This document shows positions 19,576-30,264 of a DNA stretch of 64,000 nucleotides, one piece after another. The notes under the pieces were generated by a model. That model did no database searches, was not told the origin of the DNA, and saw only the letters and a list, made by a program, of their open reading frames with translations. How positions within the stretch are numbered: the stretch's first letter is position 1; the number at the start of each line of letters is the position of its first letter. The stretch comes from an uncultured virus (IMG/VR IMGVR_UViG_3300042898_003763) (Duplodnaviria; Heunggongvirae; Uroviricota; Caudoviricetes), in the IMG/VR virus record IMGVR_UViG_3300042898_003763; one strand, given 5' to 3'. A program made the position numbers and the translations under genes.

Positions 19576-20874
19576 TTAAAATTCTAATACAAGATGTAAA
19601 CTATCTGTTTGATCGGGTAACTTAGTAATTGGATATTTATTTTCAATATACAGAATTTCTCCAGTATCCGATATTACTTCTGCTAATAAAGTATTAGAAA
19701 CGGTAGCGGTAGCGCCTGAGACCATTCCTACTATCTGTTCACCTATTGCAAAATTCTTAAAATTATATGTTAAATCATTCGACTGAATATGTTTTATATA
19801 TCCATTGCCGGTTACAATATTTGCAGTTACTACATACGCATTTGCGCCAGATACAAGTCCTTCTATAAATTCATTATTTAAAAAAGTACCATTACTGTTT
19901 GTTAATGACAATCCATTTAACGAACTTAAAGTAGAGCTATATGCAATATTTCCTGTTATATCTTTTGGATTTCGTATAATGCCTAATTTTCTATATGAAA
20001 ATCCTGCAGGAAAATCCCCATATCCTTCATTATAATTTGTGCGAACATTAATCATAATATAGTTAGAATTAAGTTCTGCGATTGGATCAGACCCATGTCC
20101 ACCTAATGGACTCAATATTGCTTTTATATTTGCACTTCTACCGCTACTATTACTATCAGATAAAACCGCTTTCGCAAATCTATATCTTGTTCCAGTATTA
20201 ATATAGTTAAAATCGTATATCACACCTAAACTTTGTCTAGCTGTAATATTAGCACCTGTGCCATCACCCGTAATAATAACATTTGCTCGTACAGAATAAT
20301 CTATACCACCATTAAGGATTTTAATATTTTCAATTGCCCCATCTTTAGCAACCGCTGCTACATCTGGATTTGTTCTAACAGGCATCCAATTATCAGTTAA
20401 AAATTTGAGTCTATCAGATGTCGATACTGTGTACAAATACTTCCATTTATACCCATCCGAAGTACTAAAAATGTTTAAACTTTTTCCGGTAGGCTCAATT
20501 GTTGATTCTGCATCCTTTGCATTATCTATGCATTTATATACATCATAATCTCTATTAATTACGTAGTAATTTTTAAGATATAGATTTGCATCATCATGGG
20601 AATATTCGGCATAAACACTATTTCTTACCCAATTTATTCGTTTAACTACTGAGACTATATTTACCGGATTTATCTTTTTTAAGCTAATCATTTCGTCCCA
20701 GATATTAAAATAGGACGGCTGAGTATCTACAGGATCATTTGGTAACTCTGATTCAGTTGACCAAATACTAGGTTTAGCTAGAAACAAATACAAAGAATTA
20801 TTAGAGTCAGAAAACTGAGCAATAAAATTTTTCGCATTTACGATTTTAAATTGGTTGGTAACTAAATTCGGCAT
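19576..20874 (-). CDS. gp8: Baseplate wedge protein gp8-like
   Basis: VYKCIDN, STIEPTG, DGYKWKYLY, SPLGGHGSDP..EL, GEILYIEN and LVLEF end. Confidence 0.9.
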   Translation of the reverse strand: MPNLVTNQFKIVNAKNFIAQFSDSNNSLYLFLAKPSIWSTESELPNDPVDTQPSYFNIWDEMISLKKINPVNIVSVVKRINWVRNSVYAEYSHDDANLYLKNYYVINRDYDVYKCIDNAKDAESTIEPTGKSLNIFSTSDGYKWKYLYTVSTSDRLKFLTDNWMPVRTNPDVAAVAKDGAIENIKILNGGIDYSVRANVIITGDGTGANITARQSLGVIYDFNYINTGTRYRFAKAVLSDSNSSGRSANIKAILSPLGGHGSDPIAELNSNYIMINVRTNYNEGYGDFPAGFSYRKLGIIRNPKDITGNIAYSSTLSSLNGLSLTNSNGTFLNNEFIEGLVSGANAYVVTANIVTGNGYIKHIQSNDLTYNFKNFAIGEQIVGMVSGATATVSNTLLAEVISDTGEILYIENKYPITKLPDQTDSLHLVLEF

Positions 20875-20896
20875 TTATTATTTATTATCTATTAGA

Positions 20897-22036
20897 TTAA
20901 AAGGTTACTGAATCTACAGTAAAACTGTTGGATGAGCTAGATATATTGTTATTTACGCTTACAATATCTATCACACCTGTTGTAGAATCATCTACAGATT
21001 TTGGCGATAACGATAAAACGGAATTCGGTAGAGTCTCATTATTTATTTCACTAAAAATGGTCAATCCTGCAGGATGTAATAAAGTCTTTATAGAATCTCG
21101 CCACTCTTCTATAGATTTAGTTGATCTTATAACATAAGAAAAGGGATGATAAAATGCTAATGTATCTTCGTTTCCGTAGGGCAATTTACCTTGAAGAACC
21201 ATATCTTCTGAAAGTAATCCCGTAGTGCCATCCCAAAAACTTTTACCCGATGAAATGCTACCAATATTTGCAGTTAATATTGCCTTATCTAAAAATTTTA
21301 CAGTAATATTTCCGGTAAACGTATTATCTGTAGTTATTAACGTGTTACCCGAATCTATAATTCTAACTATTGGACTTGCAGTAGCATTGTTTAATAACGA
21401 CAAATAAAAGGTTTCTGTTTGTTCAAAGATAAAATCATCTCGGGTAGTTACTATGAAACTTGAAACATTTGCATTGCCTACACTTACAGTTGGAGGAAAG
21501 TATCCAGTTAATGCCGCAACATTCGAAAAATCTGAAATAGTAATATCACCACTTAACGGCACTAACTCCCATGGGATTATACTACCCGCAGGCACATTAT
21601 ACGTAGTTAAAGTAAATGTTACACTTTCACCTTCAATTACCGTTGTTGTATCTACACTAATATTATAAACCGGATCTACGTTTATAGATGTGTCTTGTAC
21701 TGTAATTGTGGAAGATATCTCTAATGAATATGGAAAGCTAGGCTGCAATAAAAGAAATATACTTTCCGGTCCTTCTGTTACAAAATCCTCAGTAATTGCC
21801 AAACTAATATTCGCATTAGATTCATTTGCAACACCGGTTGCAGTAAACGTTACGTTTCCTGTGGTTTGCATCGCACCAATTAAATCTGCTTGGCTTATAC
21901 CAAATATTTGATATGGAACAACTGTACCAGGATTTAAATTTAATGCTCGTATATCAAATCTAGCTACCTGCCCTTCACTTACGATAGGGGTAGGCGAAGA
22001 AATGTATAATTTTACTATTGGATTAGTTGTTGCCAT
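20897..22036 (-). CDS. Baseplate protein with two Ig/Calx-beta-like domains and a gp7-like C-terminal motif
   Basis: Repeated VxEG..F..T..G..PY/W..D..G..D..EGPE/EQTE.F units; FYHPFSYVIRS..WRD..K.LLHPAG. Confidence 0.7.
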   Translation of the reverse strand: MATTNPIVKLYISSPTPIVSEGQVARFDIRALNLNPGTVVPYQIFGISQADLIGAMQTTGNVTFTATGVANESNANISLAITEDFVTEGPESIFLLLQPSFPYSLEISSTITVQDTSINVDPVYNISVDTTTVIEGESVTFTLTTYNVPAGSIIPWELVPLSGDITISDFSNVAALTGYFPPTVSVGNANVSSFIVTTRDDFIFEQTETFYLSLLNNATASPIVRIIDSGNTLITTDNTFTGNITVKFLDKAILTANIGSISSGKSFWDGTTGLLSEDMVLQGKLPYGNEDTLAFYHPFSYVIRSTKSIEEWRDSIKTLLHPAGLTIFSEINNETLPNSVLSLSPKSVDDSTTGVIDIVSVNNNISSSSNSFTVDSVTF

Positions 22037-22039
22037 TTT

Positions 22040-23434
22040 TTAAATTCCTGGATATCTAAATCTAATTGTTCTTACATTTGGAACTGACGCAACAACTGCC
22101 TTATGCGACGTATTGTCAATTGGACTAAAAATATTTCCAGAATAAAATACCTCAATATTTTTTCCTCGAACTAATCCATGTTGCAATGGAAATGTTACGG
22201 TGACTGCCCCTCTAAAGAACGAATATGTTCCGGAAAGTAATTCTGTAGGCAACCCTGGATCGATGCTTGTATTATTACTATAATTCACACCTGATTCAAC
22301 AATGTTAAACGCAGTAATTGTCCCAAATCTATTAACATTATTAACTGTTGCTTTTGCTAATTTTCCTTCTGTATCCGTTATTTGTATTGGATGCCCTTTC
22401 TTATATCCTAGTCCGCCATCTAGTATATCTATTTTACTTAATACAGAATATACCTGCGCACTTAAAGGAGAAATTGTGAAGTTGCGAATTTCTCCGGATA
22501 ATAAAATAGTTTTTATTGCATCAATTGGTTCATCTTTCAAAAAATTACCTGATACACTAGTCGTATCTAAAAGTAATTCATACACTTCAAATTCATCTAA
22601 ATTAATTTTAATTACTTTACTTACGATTGCACTTGCTTTTGATGTTCTTCCTTGCACTTGGGTATTTTCGAATTCAAATACATTTTGCCTAGCATTTGTT
22701 TGCTTAACTCGTAAAGCTCTGGGTGTTATCCATTTTCCAGATGAAGGTTTTAAAACAATTTCGTAAGGATAGAAAAAACTAATTGTTTCTTTATAAAGAA
22801 TGTTAAACAATAATCTATATGCGGGTTCAGTACCCTTTTTGTTATAGATTTCTCGTATCTTTTTAACTAAAAATTTATTATTTGCCAATTTAGATTGAGT
22901 CAAATCATTTGCATAGTTCTGCACAAATTTTTCAATTAAATCCGTAGATGTAGTATCTATATCTGAATATTTTGATAAATCTTGTAATACTTCCTGCGCA
23001 GAATTATTTTGCTCTAAGAACTCATAATATGCTTTTAGGAATATAACAAACATGCCATATTCATCTTGTATAAAATCTGGTAATTGATCTGCAATTAATA
23101 ATGATAATCGATTTTGTATTCGCTTAAAAGGATTCTCCGCACCATCGCCTTCATACAATGTATATACTAGCGGATCTTTTAATTTGCCTAAATTTATAAA
23201 AGTATCCGGTATGTAAAATTCACCGGTTCTTTGATAAAAAGTTACTACTTGATATATGCCTTTTCCGCCTCTATCTAAATCTGCTTGTATGGCTTCTCCT
23301 CTGGTTATATACAAAGGATAAAACCACCCAGTCAAAGAATTTTTGAACTGAGAATTATCTAGATTATCTGGCTTAGATGTACCATAAATTTTCAAAGGTC
23401 CAGATAATCGGACTGATTCGTAAATATTATTCAT
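22040..23434 (-). CDS. Baseplate wedge protein, gp7-like N-terminal part
   Basis: QLPDFIQDEY..F..FLKAYYEFLE, IREIY..KGT..AY.LLF, LKPSSGKW; follows gp6. Confidence 0.75.
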   Translation of the reverse strand: MNNIYESVRLSGPLKIYGTSKPDNLDNSQFKNSLTGWFYPLYITRGEAIQADLDRGGKGIYQVVTFYQRTGEFYIPDTFINLGKLKDPLVYTLYEGDGAENPFKRIQNRLSLLIADQLPDFIQDEYGMFVIFLKAYYEFLEQNNSAQEVLQDLSKYSDIDTTSTDLIEKFVQNYANDLTQSKLANNKFLVKKIREIYNKKGTEPAYRLLFNILYKETISFFYPYEIVLKPSSGKWITPRALRVKQTNARQNVFEFENTQVQGRTSKASAIVSKVIKINLDEFEVYELLLDTTSVSGNFLKDEPIDAIKTILLSGEIRNFTISPLSAQVYSVLSKIDILDGGLGYKKGHPIQITDTEGKLAKATVNNVNRFGTITAFNIVESGVNYSNNTSIDPGLPTELLSGTYSFFRGAVTVTFPLQHGLVRGKNIEVFYSGNIFSPIDNTSHKAVVASVPNVRTIRFRYPGI

Positions 23435-23435
23435 T

Positions 23436-25277
23436 TTAGACTGCTATGGTTACGGTTAAACCTGCACTTCGTTTTATAATGCTGCTAGAAGTACTATCAT
23501 CTACAATTAGAATTAAATCTCTACTAGATTGTATATCTAATTCTGTTATCTTTGCAGAAATTCTTATATCATTATTATTTTCATAATACCCGGCAGGAGT
23601 TAAACTAGGAATAGTAATTACTCCGCGGGCGTAGTCAACAGTGCCAATATTTTGCACTAGTATTGCGTCGGTTGACGTGTTATATAGATTTAGTATACCT
23701 GTAGTACCAGCAGTTAAATTATCTTTAATATATACCGAATATATTATGTTATCTTTTTTATAATAAAACGCAGTAGATTGTATTGTATTCGATACTAATT
23801 GATTTGCAAATTTTAATGCAGATGTTCCAGTGTAAATACTTTCAGTATTCACTAACGGCGATATTCTTTTCTGTATTTGGAAAGATACTACATTGCCCAA
23901 TATAGATATATCAACAGAATCAATTGCTCTGGATAATTTAGAATAAACAAAGTCTTTATCGAACTTTTGCAATTCCTGTTGGAAATATTCTTCGATTTTT
24001 GCTCTAACCAAAGTAGTAATTTCCGATTGATTATACTTAGAATTTTTAGGATCAAACTTTACTTTTGCATTTACTGTAATAAACAAATAATTTGGATCTT
24101 TAAATTCTGGAATTATAGACATCATTTTTCTATCTGCCAAAATTTCCAATTTTATTTTTTCTTTAAGTTCCGTATTAATAGTATATCCCGAATATGGTTT
24201 TAGAGAAATAAATACCTTGCCGTATACTGGAGGAATATTTTCTTCGCCGCCCCAAACAGAAATTGATTCTACTAACGGATAATTTGATTCAATAATTGCT
24301 TTGTAATCATTTGCAGTAACTGCTCTATTAAAAGATGATAAAAATCTTGGAGCTTTAAATTTTATTTCTTCTAAATTATCTGCTTCATCGCCACCTGTAG
24401 AATTGCGAGATGCTATAATAGGCGCTTCCAAATTGACACCACCTACATTAGTTTGTAATGAAAACTCTTGGTCAATTTCATTAGATACATTACATTTGGA
24501 TCCGTTACTAACTAGGTATTCTATTCTAACTAAATTTCCGTCAGACAACTTTTTACCTAATACCCCGTCACCAAAAAATATCTCATAATATCCTGTTGGG
24601 CTTTCTTCTATAAAATATACTTGCGATTGTCCAGTTAGAGCTTCCAAGTTTCCTGCTACTGTATATGTAGTTTGCGTAGTATCTGAATACGAATTTTGTA
24701 CTACTACTCTGATAGTACTTGTATCTATATTATTATTTGGTATACTATATTTTTCGTCTGGTCCCGATGCATTGACTCTATATGTAAAATTTAAAGGTTG
24801 ACCTTCGACTAATTCTACATTTGAAAACAAATATTCATCGTTAACTGGGCTAATAGTAACAGCATCTAAATTTACAAAAGTATAAATTGTCCCATCTATA
24901 ATAGTAGAGAAGGGCGAAAATTTAGGCAAAGTTAAAGTAGTGGGATTCCCTGCAGGGTTTGCAATAGCAAAATTAACCTGCGCTTTTGCACTCCTATAAG
25001 ATAACGGGGTATACCCTAGATGTTTTGATATTGATACTGCAGATTCTCTTTTTACTGCAGAATCTAAAAACATCTCATTCGCAGCCATGTTTGCTAAATA
25101 TGCGTTATAATGAGTATTGTATGATAACAGATCCAATAAAATAGATAAACTGGAAGCCTCGAAATCATAATCTTTAAAGATTAGGTTTTTATCTTTATCT
25201 CTGTAGTTAATTAAGAACTGTTTTAGATTTATTTTTATTTCATCGAAATCTAATTCAGAAATTCTATAATTTGCCAT
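23436..25277 (-). CDS. gp6: Baseplate wedge protein gp6
   Basis: ELDFDEIK, DYDFEAS, YNTHYNAY, EMFLDSA, FGDGVLGKKL, RAVTANDY, WGGEEN.PP.YGKVFI. Confidence 0.95.
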   Translation of the reverse strand: MANYRISELDFDEIKINLKQFLINYRDKDKNLIFKDYDFEASSLSILLDLLSYNTHYNAYLANMAANEMFLDSAVKRESAVSISKHLGYTPLSYRSAKAQVNFAIANPAGNPTTLTLPKFSPFSTIIDGTIYTFVNLDAVTISPVNDEYLFSNVELVEGQPLNFTYRVNASGPDEKYSIPNNNIDTSTIRVVVQNSYSDTTQTTYTVAGNLEALTGQSQVYFIEESPTGYYEIFFGDGVLGKKLSDGNLVRIEYLVSNGSKCNVSNEIDQEFSLQTNVGGVNLEAPIIASRNSTGGDEADNLEEIKFKAPRFLSSFNRAVTANDYKAIIESNYPLVESISVWGGEENIPPVYGKVFISLKPYSGYTINTELKEKIKLEILADRKMMSIIPEFKDPNYLFITVNAKVKFDPKNSKYNQSEITTLVRAKIEEYFQQELQKFDKDFVYSKLSRAIDSVDISILGNVVSFQIQKRISPLVNTESIYTGTSALKFANQLVSNTIQSTAFYYKKDNIIYSVYIKDNLTAGTTGILNLYNTSTDAILVQNIGTVDYARGVITIPSLTPAGYYENNNDIRISAKITELDIQSSRDLILIVDDSTSSSIIKRSAGLTVTIAV

Positions 25278-25676
25278 TTATCTTACTCGACTTAAAAAGG
25301 TTGTTATCGTTAGAGGCGTATCCGTATTCTTTAGTGCAAATACTATATTGATTGCTAAATCATTAGATTCTACGGTTTCCTGTACAGTTATACTAATTAT
25401 TCTAACTCGAGGTTCAAATTTTTCTATAGTTTCTCGAATAGTTCTTTCCAAAGCAATACGAACCGCCGGGGAAAAATTTTCAAACAATAAGGAATATACT
25501 TGTGTGCCTATTTCCGGATGAAACGGGCGCTCAAAGTTTTTAGTTTGTATTAGATGTTTTAGCGCAGTCTTTACTGCTTCTTCGTCGGTTTTTAGGTAGA
25601 TATCTTTAGTAAAAGGATTTGCCTTAAAAGACAAATCAAGATCGACGAAAGTTTTTGTATTTTTACTAGTAGCCAT
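25278..25676 (-). CDS. gp25: Baseplate wedge / sheath initiator gp25
   Basis: DLDLSF..NP, ERPFHPEIG, LLFE and FEPRV motifs. Confidence 0.93.
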   Translation of the reverse strand: MATSKNTKTFVDLDLSFKANPFTKDIYLKTDEEAVKTALKHLIQTKNFERPFHPEIGTQVYSLLFENFSPAVRIALERTIRETIEKFEPRVRIISITVQETVESNDLAINIVFALKNTDTPLTITTFLSRVR

Positions 25677-25688
25677 TATTGATATTTA

Positions 25689-28310
25689 TTATGTCTCTGC
25701 GGGAGGTCTAGGTAAACGATTTATAGTTTCAGGTGCACATCGCATATAGGTTTCTGGTTTTCCATTTTTACCTATAATCGGTTCGTCATTCGAATCAAGT
25801 TTTGGATATGCCCCATCCATTACGCATGCAATTGTTCCGCTTTTTGGCCGAATTACAGTATTATCTTTAGTTTGTAATGCAACATGAATCCAAAAGCTTG
25901 TAATATCTCTAGAATAAATTGTATCTGTTTTAAATTCTAAAAATAATTGTTTAAATGGGACATTTTGTGTCATCCATTCTGCAATTTTAATATGCTTTAA
26001 TCGATCCACATTCTTTTGAGATTTACTCAAAGATTCAAACGGAACTGTTCCAAAGTGAATATCGACTGCACAACCTATATCATGATCGCTAGCAGATGAG
26101 GATGTTCCCGCTTTTCTTAATCCGCTGTTTATTTGAAATATACCAAATTTTGCTAAAAGGGGCTCTAATACATTTTCAGCCAATATTCGCATATTGATAA
26201 CAATTTCTTTAGATGTCAAATTGCGCTGCGAAACTAATGGCCTCAACCCTAAAGAACCAGGTGATAAATCTGAAATAGTAAAATTCTTAGATAATCTAAA
26301 CGTACCCGGAAAATATGTTGCAGCTCGAATATCCGAAAAATTTAAAGATTTTAATTTGGAATCATTTGTATCTGTAACCGCGTATGTGTCCCTTGCCGAC
26401 ACATCTGTAGCAACTCTAATATATTTAGATTCGCTTGCAGTTGGAGTATATTCTTCTGCATCATCTATACATTCTGCGTCGCTTAATGCTCTAGTCATTG
26501 CCGCTGGTTCTGTTTTAGTAATAACTTTTACGTTAGGTAAATCAGATGCTTTAAAATTTGTATTAGCTACAGCGGCCGCCCCCATTTTATTTTTTATGAG
26601 CGGCGCATCCAATGATAATACTGCGCCGGCTCGTATACTTGCATTTATTTTACCATCTATCGCAATATCATTTGTTGCACTAAGCGCTAAATTATTTTTA
26701 GATTGAATATTAACGCTCTCACCTATAATATTTAATGCTCCACCTGATACAATATTTAAAGTATCTTTTGTAGTAATTTCTGCTTTGTTCGCATTAATTG
26801 CTACGACACCTGCACATTCTGCAGTCATATTTCCATGACTAATAATTGTTGTATCACCGTCAACTTGGATAGATGCATCATCCTTTACATAAATGCTAGT
26901 TTTACCTTCAATTGTTACTTTCTTTGCACCTTTAACAAATACGTAATCATTTTTATCTATTAGTTCATAATTATCGCCTATTACTTTTCTTACAGAGGAT
27001 CCATTAATATCAATTTCAATATAAGATCCTGACGTATGAAATAGATGTATTCTTTCCGCATTAGGAGTACTATCTAACTCTACCACGTGCCCTGCCTCAG
27101 TTTCAATTACTTGATTGTATGGATATGCTGCACTATAGGCTGAATTTGGTTCGCTCCATCTTTCATTTGAATTTGCAATTTGAACATTTTTTATTTTTTT
27201 ATTTTCTTTGATTGCGAAATACTTATGAGATTTATCGCCTATTGCTAATTTGTTTACATCTGTATACCCTATGTAATCCTTTTTAGGATATTTTTTATCC
27301 GGGTCTACAAATGCTTTTTGATTTTGTATTTCTTTAGTGGAGGTATTGTCAATCTCATTATCAAACGTATTTTTAGTTGTTGACCCGGCTAATATATCCC
27401 CGCCTATACTGGTATTACCTATAATAAAAAATTCTTCAGCTTTTCTTCCGTAGTTATCTTTTCTTTGTAGATTATCAGCATATTCTGCACCTATTATATG
27501 GGCGGATGCTAAAAATCCGGCAACAATAAATCTATCTTCAACTTCGGTAATTTTATTTGTACTAATCATTCTTTCATAATTTAATTTTATTGTATTATCC
27601 ATCGCATTTTCTTGCGTTACCTTATTGGATAAAAAATTATCTTTAGATTTTATGTTTTCTTTACCTGTCCAATATGCATTAGTATTTGCAGCATTAGGAT
27701 CAAAATACTCCGCAGGCGGAATGCGTATATAACCTAAATCCTGCAATTGCATTAAATTAAATTGGTATTTGCCCAATTCTCCAAATTCGCCTATTTTAGC
27801 GTAATTTGAATTAGATAATTTATTCCCTAATGCTTCTTTTAATTTACCTAAATCTGATGATACTAAAGGTTTTAATGATTCATCTGTGATTGCACTGGAT
27901 TCATTTGAAACTGAAATTGGTTTATTATTTGTATCATATAGTGCATTCCCTTGGGCATCTTTTACTGTTTTAGTTTGTATTTGTTTGTTTTTATTATACG
28001 CATCAGTTTTGCTAGTTGTACCTGGTTTTCCGGCAATAGTCCCCATTATAATAGGTTGCTGTGCTTCCTCTGAATCTAAAAACCAACCAACTACCCATGA
28101 CCCTGTAACTATTCCAACTGGGGAAGAGCCTACTCCAGATGTAGCTGCAGATGTTATTGGTTGCATAGGTATAGCCCAGGGCAAATCTGAGGTAGGTAAT
28201 AATGTAATATCATCAGTATGATACCCAAATATTCTAACCTTACATCTACCTAATTTTTCGGGATCATACCTATCTTCAACGACACCTGTCCACCAATGCA
28301 TATTTTTCAT
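25689..28310 (-). CDS. gp5: Baseplate hub/spike gp5-like, with lysozyme-like insert and C-terminal M15 peptidase
   Basis: OB-fold WWTGVVEDRYDP..LGRCKVRIFGYH..LPWA; GKYQF insert; YPYNQVIETEAGH..E.D.TP.AERIH beta-helix start; SDH..G.AVD and WIHV Zn ligands. Confidence 0.92.
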   Translation of the reverse strand: MKNMHWWTGVVEDRYDPEKLGRCKVRIFGYHTDDITLLPTSDLPWAIPMQPITSAATSGVGSSPVGIVTGSWVVGWFLDSEEAQQPIIMGTIAGKPGTTSKTDAYNKNKQIQTKTVKDAQGNALYDTNNKPISVSNESSAITDESLKPLVSSDLGKLKEALGNKLSNSNYAKIGEFGELGKYQFNLMQLQDLGYIRIPPAEYFDPNAANTNAYWTGKENIKSKDNFLSNKVTQENAMDNTIKLNYERMISTNKITEVEDRFIVAGFLASAHIIGAEYADNLQRKDNYGRKAEEFFIIGNTSIGGDILAGSTTKNTFDNEIDNTSTKEIQNQKAFVDPDKKYPKKDYIGYTDVNKLAIGDKSHKYFAIKENKKIKNVQIANSNERWSEPNSAYSAAYPYNQVIETEAGHVVELDSTPNAERIHLFHTSGSYIEIDINGSSVRKVIGDNYELIDKNDYVFVKGAKKVTIEGKTSIYVKDDASIQVDGDTTIISHGNMTAECAGVVAINANKAEITTKDTLNIVSGGALNIIGESVNIQSKNNLALSATNDIAIDGKINASIRAGAVLSLDAPLIKNKMGAAAVANTNFKASDLPNVKVITKTEPAAMTRALSDAECIDDAEEYTPTASESKYIRVATDVSARDTYAVTDTNDSKLKSLNFSDIRAATYFPGTFRLSKNFTISDLSPGSLGLRPLVSQRNLTSKEIVINMRILAENVLEPLLAKFGIFQINSGLRKAGTSSSASDHDIGCAVDIHFGTVPFESLSKSQKNVDRLKHIKIAEWMTQNVPFKQLFLEFKTDTIYSRDITSFWIHVALQTKDNTVIRPKSGTIACVMDGAYPKLDSNDEPIIGKNGKPETYMRCAPETINRLPRPPAET

Positions 28311-29659
28311 TGTTTAATCGCCCTATTAGGTAACGAGTCCTTAGATACTTCCATAATTATGTAATGGGACTTTAAATTTATTTTATGGCATAAACTAGTT
28401 ATTAAATAATTGCCCGAATATATACCATCATCTTTATAATCCATTGGTTTCGCAATATCTCCAGGGATTCCTTTAGGTAAATTTATGTTTATTGTTCTAC
28501 CCACTTCTATATCAGTTCTGCCCGGAATAGTTATTTCCATATTAAAATTTCTTAACTCTAACATATTAGATCTTCTGTTACCAAAAATATCTTTTAGTTT
28601 AACATCAAAGTTTTCAAAATTCCCCGTATGTAATGCTGGATAACTATAGTTAACATCTAGATATGTAGATGGATTCCTCGGAGAGGCTTTATCAAAAAAT
28701 GGATTAGGCATGTCGGTCTGAAGATGCGGGTAATTATTAAAGTTATCACCATGGTCATAATCTACGTGGTTATATTCTTTATTATATAAATTAATATCCA
28801 CTAATCTACTGCTAGCATACCCTGTAGTTAAATTTCGCAATTGATCAAATGCGCTATTTACGCTTATAGATCTAATTGTAAACATAAATTTATTTTTTTC
28901 AATATCTTCTTGTGTTGGACTTTTTATTTTAGGAGAAGAATAATCGTATGTGCCTATAGATAAAGAATCTGCTTTTTGTATTAACTCGCCTATATTACCA
29001 AAATAAAATCCTTTGGTTGTTTCCCAAAATAGAAAATTTGCAGCCTTATTATTGCTAGGTACGGATTTACTTGCAAGCCAATTTATACATTTAATTGGAG
29101 ACCAACCTGGGCTAACAAAATTAATAATATTTGCAGGATTTCCAAAAATAGTTATACTGCTTTTAATTTCTTCTACGCCTGTAGTATTTTTACCCATCGA
29201 TATATTTCTAGTAGATGAAAGATACTCGTCGAATATTAGTTTAACAATATCATTAGGAGAACCATTAAATGCCCGATATATTGGATTTATAATATCTTGA
29301 AAGGATTCTACCGAAGTAAAACTTAGTTTATAAATTAAAACGCTACCATCTTTAGCATACTCTTTATCATTTAAAGCATATATCTTAAACATTTTAGATA
29401 TGCTTTTTTCCGTAGACAATGTAGTAGTTCTAAAAGATACCGATAGGTATTCTTCTCCAATAATACCTAATTCTTGTATTAAGTTTCTACTATCTGCTAG
29501 AAGTATTTCTCCGGATATACTATTTTCAAAGATACTCTCATATAAATTAATTTCTACTAAGTAATCAGTTAAACTAACATATGTGCCCTTATTAAAAGAA
29601 ACGAGTACTAGGTTATCTATCTGTACTTGCCCTGGAGCTTGTAAAATTTCGTTAAGCAT
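28307..29659 (-). CDS. Probable baseplate hub protein (gp27-like position)
   Basis: INLYESIF..ISG, PGWSPIKCINWLA, FLFWET..GFYF, SGNYLITSLCH; lies between gp53 and gp5. Confidence 0.65.
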   Translation of the reverse strand: MLNEILQAPGQVQIDNLVLVSFNKGTYVSLTDYLVEINLYESIFENSISGEILLADSRNLIQELGIIGEEYLSVSFRTTTLSTEKSISKMFKIYALNDKEYAKDGSVLIYKLSFTSVESFQDIINPIYRAFNGSPNDIVKLIFDEYLSSTRNISMGKNTTGVEEIKSSITIFGNPANIINFVSPGWSPIKCINWLASKSVPSNNKAANFLFWETTKGFYFGNIGELIQKADSLSIGTYDYSSPKIKSPTQEDIEKNKFMFTIRSISVNSAFDQLRNLTTGYASSRLVDINLYNKEYNHVDYDHGDNFNNYPHLQTDMPNPFFDKASPRNPSTYLDVNYSYPALHTGNFENFDVKLKDIFGNRRSNMLELRNFNMEITIPGRTDIEVGRTININLPKGIPGDIAKPMDYKDDGIYSGNYLITSLCHKINLKSHYIIMEVSKDSLPNRAIKQ

Positions 29660-30264
29660 TATTTGGAGATAAGTTGTTTATAGTTAATAGCAATATCCTG
29701 AACTATCTCAGGTTTTATAATTTTTATAGATCTTATTTTTTCATTCTTCTGAGATTCAACTTCATAATTACTTTCATACTCTGCAATGGTTAATGAATCT
29801 TGATATATCACGGGAGTATTAATATTGTCAGATATGCCCTCATACAATATTCTAACTTGGTCTTTATGAGTAGATTCTTCTGATAATATAAAGAATGTTT
29901 CTACTTGATATCCTTTTGCGTTTTTTGCTCTATTGAGAGTAAAAATATTATTTTCCCCTCCATACTTACTCTCAACTTGTTTAATTAAATTTTCTTCAGA
30001 CATCGGCCATTCGAATCTGGGATCAATAATATTATTGACCATTAATATTAACCAATGTAACGTAGTGGTTCCATAAAATCTAAAAGATACTTCTTCCGGT
30101 GTTTCTCCGTGTTTAATATCATATTCTTCATAATATGCGGCATTTTCTTGATATTCTTTTTGTATGATTACTCTTTTAAGTATATCAACCACAACTTGTT
30201 GAGTTGCGTTGTCATCTAAGGAATATCCAATTTTAGGAAATTCTGAAAAGAAATCAATAGCCAT
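29659..30264 (-). CDS. gp53: Baseplate wedge protein gp53
   Basis: FFSEFPKI.Y; LysM-like YDIKHGETPE..S..FYG..LHWLIL..N..DP..EWP; NE..RSIKIIKP. Confidence 0.92.
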   Translation of the reverse strand: MAIDFFSEFPKIGYSLDDNATQQVVVDILKRVIIQKEYQENAAYYEEYDIKHGETPEEVSFRFYGTTTLHWLILMVNNIIDPRFEWPMSEENLIKQVESKYGGENNIFTLNRAKNAKGYQVETFFILSEESTHKDQVRILYEGISDNINTPVIYQDSLTIAEYESNYEVESQKNEKIRSIKIIKPEIVQDIAINYKQLISK

